NCBI GenBank assembly: GCA_000004695.1
Contig: CM000153.2
Coordinates: forward strand, 256,001-320,000
Source: Dictyostelium discoideum
Lineage: Eukaryota
DNA: 64,000 bases
Reading direction: 5' to 3'
This document shows positions 57,919-64,000 of the stretch, one piece after another. The notes below the pieces were generated by a model. It did not search any database and was not told where the DNA came from. It saw only the letters and a program-made list of their open reading frames with translations. Position 1 is the first letter of the stretch, and each line of letters begins with the position of its first letter. Position numbers and translations under genes: made by a program.

Positions 57919-59274
57919 TTGGTAATAAACTCTGGGAGTTATGTTGATAATTACTTTTTTATTTCTCTTTTTGATAATAAATCAGAAAGCTATCCAATTT
58001 TAAAACCACAACAACAAATGGAATTAAGTTCATATATTAATGCTTTTTTATACATTAATTGTACAAATTGTGATGGAGCAAATTTAATAGGTTTATCAAA
58101 ATTATACAAAAATAGAGGAAAAGATATTCATGTACACATTTATGATGTCTCTTTGAATGATAGTGGAATTTATTTGGAGGCTCCAATTATCCATTTAAAA
58201 GATCTGGTGCCTTACAATTACTAACTGATTTTAGAATCTTTGACAATCAAATATTTCAATTTAATGGTAGTTCAATAGTATCAATAAGTAGCTTTTTCAT
58301 TCCAAAAGTTTATGATTTTCAACCATATATTATTGGAAAATTAGAATTTTCAAATGGTACAATTTATAACTTGGATTATAATACTTTGAATAATTTTTTA
58401 TTATACACAAGGCATATTCAATATTCCAAGTTGTTATGGTAATGGTAATTTTTCAATTTATATTAAAGATAAATTGGTACATACAAATCCATTTAGTTAT
58501 CAACCACCATCAAAGTGGATATCATCATTCACTCAAAATCAAGAAAAGGTACAATTACATCTTTCATTCTCACTTTCTTTATTACAATAACAAGTATTAA
58601 ATATAATGATAAAAATGGAAAAGATTTAGATTATAATTTAATTGAACCAAATATTATTTCATTGACACTAAATACATATTCTACAAATGCATTTTCATTT
58701 AATGATGATTATCATAATGAAACTTTACCAAATGGACTTCTTAATTAGTCCGTCCAATTATTTATAGTTATCCAATTGAAAATGATGTAATAACAATGGA
58801 GGGTCTCTTTTTTTAAAAATTATCAAATTATAAATTCTATCAAGGTGATAGTAAAAATGCTGTTTCTTTTGATCAAGTAACCTATTTCGACATTTCAAGG
58901 TTAGGTTTAATTATGAATCAGGCTTCACGTGTATATGTTAATAGTGATGATTATTCGTTCATAAGGGTACCAGATCTAACTTTTACGAGCGTGCAAGACC
59001 AATTATTGTTTACATGTAGTAATTGTTTAGGTGGATATATCAATATAAATGAACCAGAAAGTAATCAAGATTCTCAATTCTCTCAAATTGGTACAATTGT
59101 AAAACAATTTAATACAAATACAATTTTTAATAAATACAATATTTTACATTTACTAAAGATTCAAAAACAATAGTTATTCAACCACCATTACCTACAAATG
59201 TAATAGTTCACGAAGATTCAGCTCAATATTCAACTTTCAGTAATAATACTATTATAGTTAGTGCTGATTTTTTA
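57919..59274 (+). pseudogene. Upstream part of an IPT/TIG-like surface protein gene, broken into at least 3 reading frames (frameshifted pseudogene or unresolved introns)
   Basis: ORFs 57919-58224, 58515-58748 and 58913-59173 are contiguous in sense but in different frames. At least one junction (59120-59160) can be bridged by a plausible 83-nt GT..AG intron; others cannot. Confidence 0.35.
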
Positions 59275-59895
59275 ATGGATAAATACAATGGTTTTGATAA
59301 TATCGATTTCCAATTTAAATTTGATAATGGTATAATTTATTCAGCAAATAAACAACTTTTATCTAAATCGGTTCAAAACTATAAATATCAAATAAATGCA
59401 CCATTTGCATATGGATCTGGTAATTTTAGTGCATTTGTTACTTTTGAAAATAGTAATAAGTCAATAACAAATTCGATCCCATTCTATTATCCAACAAAAC
59501 CAATAATCACTTCAATGTCATCAATCAAGGATCAAGAACTTATAATAAGAGGTGATGGTTTCTTTGGTGTAAAAATAGTTGCTTCTTTTAAAACAATTGA
59601 TCGAATTACTGTCGAATGTGAATATAAAACTTATAACCAAGATACAAATAGAAAATTTTATTGTCAGTTTAATCATATGTCCTATTACATACAATATTCC
59701 CCAGATGATCCAATTACAATTCAATTAAGAAATAATGGTGAATTAAATTCCAAATTTGAACCAGCTTATACCCAAACCTTTTTTTATGATTCAAAATCTA
59801 ATTCAGAAATGTTAAACAATGATATTAGTTTACATTCAGTTTTCTCCAAATTACTTGTAACTCTTTTTATTCTAATATCAATATTGCTTCAATAA
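59275..59895 (+). CDS. IPT/TIG-like domain plus probable GPI-anchor signal (3' part of the surface protein gene)
   Basis: PTKPIITSMSSIKDQELIIRGDGFFGVKIV is IPT/TIG-like. The C-terminus EMLNNDISLHSVFSKLLVTLFILISILLQ is a hydrophobic GPI-type tail. Paralogous to the gene at 63419-64000. Confidence 0.55.
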   Translation: MDKYNGFDNIDFQFKFDNGIIYSANKQLLSKSVQNYKYQINAPFAYGSGNFSAFVTFENSNKSITNSIPFYYPTKPIITSMSSIKDQELIIRGDGFFGVKIVASFKTIDRITVECEYKTYNQDTNRKFYCQFNHMSYYIQYSPDDPITIQLRNNGELNSKFEPAYTQTFFYDSKSNSEMLNNDISLHSVFSKLLVTLFILISILLQ

Positions 59896-59944
59896 ATAAA
59901 TAAAAACAAATAAAGACACAAAAACATTATTTTGATATCTAAAC

Positions 59945-60018
<74 letters not shown>

Positions 60019-60029
60019 TTTAAGTTCAG

Positions 60030-63300
<3,271 letters not shown>

Positions 63301-63418
63301 TCGAAAAAAAAAATATATAAATAAAAGATGCAACAATATAATGTTTTTTAGTGTCTTTGTTTATTTATTGTTTTAATTATTGAAAGTTAATTTGATTATT
63401 TTATTAATTTATTTTTAT

Positions 63419-64000
63419 TTATTGAAACAATATTGATATTATAATAAAAAGAGTTGCAACCAATTTGGAGAAAACCGAATGTAAACTAATATCATTGTTT
63501 AGCATTTCTGGATCAGTATTTGAATTAGAATTAGAATTAGAATTATTAAAAAAAGTTTGGGTATAAACTGTTTCAAATTTGTGCTGTGAGAATTTGGAGC
63601 TTTTAATTTGTATTGTAATTGGAGCATCACGAGAATATACTAAACTTAAGTTTTGATTCAATGTAAATTGGCAAATAATGTTTTGATTTTGTTGAATTAT
63701 TTGAGAATGACATTCGATTGTATCTGAAAAAAGACCAGTTATTATATTTTTAAATGTTGTTTTAAAAGAACCAACAACAGTTATATTAAGGAAACCATCT
63801 CCATTTATTTTAAGATTTCCATCTTTAATTTTTGATATTGAATTAATTATTGGTTTTGTTGGATAATTGAATGGAGTCGAATTTATTATAAACTTTCTAC
63901 CATTTTCTAGAGTAATGAATATACTAAAATTACCAGATCCATATGCAAATGGTATATTTAATTGATATATATAGTTTTGAACTGATTTTGATAAAATTTG
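63419..64000 (-). CDS. IPT/TIG-like GPI-anchored surface protein, 3' part (continues beyond the window end); paralog of the 59275 gene in inverted orientation
   Basis: The frame is open from 64000 to the stop at 63419: ...PTKPIINSISKIKDGNLKINGDGFLNITVVGSFK...EMLNNDISLHSVFSKLVATLFIIISILFQ*. Confidence 0.6.
   Translation of the reverse strand, partial: QILSKSVQNYIYQLNIPFAYGSGNFSIFITLENGRKFIINSTPFNYPTKPIINSISKIKDGNLKINGDGFLNITVVGSFKTTFKNIITGLFSDTIECHSQIIQQNQNIICQFTLNQNLSLVYSRDAPITIQIKSSKFSQHKFETVYTQTFFNNSNSNSNSNTDPEMLNNDISLHSVFSKLVATLFIIISILFQ

Overview
This window is AT-rich nuclear DNA with poly-N/Q coding repeats, 85-290 nt AT-rich introns and GTAAGT/GTATGT donors, all typical of a Dictyostelium discoideum-like social amoeba chromosome. 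By hand-splicing the ORF track I built gene models for about 25 protein-coding genes. The sense strand left to right carries these, with 1 to 804 and 63419 to 64000 being partial genes that continue off the window: an MIT-domain protein (minus strand, 1 to 804), a Ser/Thr kinase with a (TAT)n intron, an N/Q-rich two-exon protein, an ERI1-type 3'-5' exonuclease, a four-exon CLPTM1 homologue, a 7TM protein with TOM1/THH1-like features, a five-exon exportin-T, a bifunctional methylene-THF dehydrogenase/cyclohydrolase, a type-B carboxylesterase, an EF-hand Cbp-family protein, a secreted Ser/Thr/Gly-rich protein, a PRXL2/FAM213-like protein with a long N/Q/acidic N-terminus, a giant Q-rich protein with a GLTSCR1/BICRA-like block, a SWEET sugar transporter, protein phosphatase 5, a BRCT-domain coiled-coil protein, a divergent profilin-like protein, a heterotrimeric G-alpha subunit, a secreted beta-helix-like surface protein, and paralogous IPT/TIG-like surface proteins (one continues beyond 64000 on the minus strand). 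The sequence contains a 100-nt N gap at 39036 to 39135. Accessory material is concentrated at 52.2 to 55.3 kb, which holds a pseudogene copy of the 55593 gene and a degenerate hAT-like element with a clear hAT dimerisation-domain ORF and AGTACT subterminal repeats. It is also concentrated at 60.0 to 63.3 kb, a less AT-rich mosaic of inverted duplicated fragments, interleaved palindromes and microsatellites. Other oddities are an orphan pyruvate-kinase first exon with no downstream exons, a roughly 180-bp repeat upstream of two signal-peptide starts, and a small unannotated-looking three-exon ORF at 34351 to 34833. I found no rRNA, tRNA or CRISPR. I cannot point to one clearly undescribed system; the best candidates for follow-up are the hAT-like element and the 60 to 63 kb mosaic. 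Coordinates of the exon models are hand-derived; family assignments are from motif memory, not database searches.
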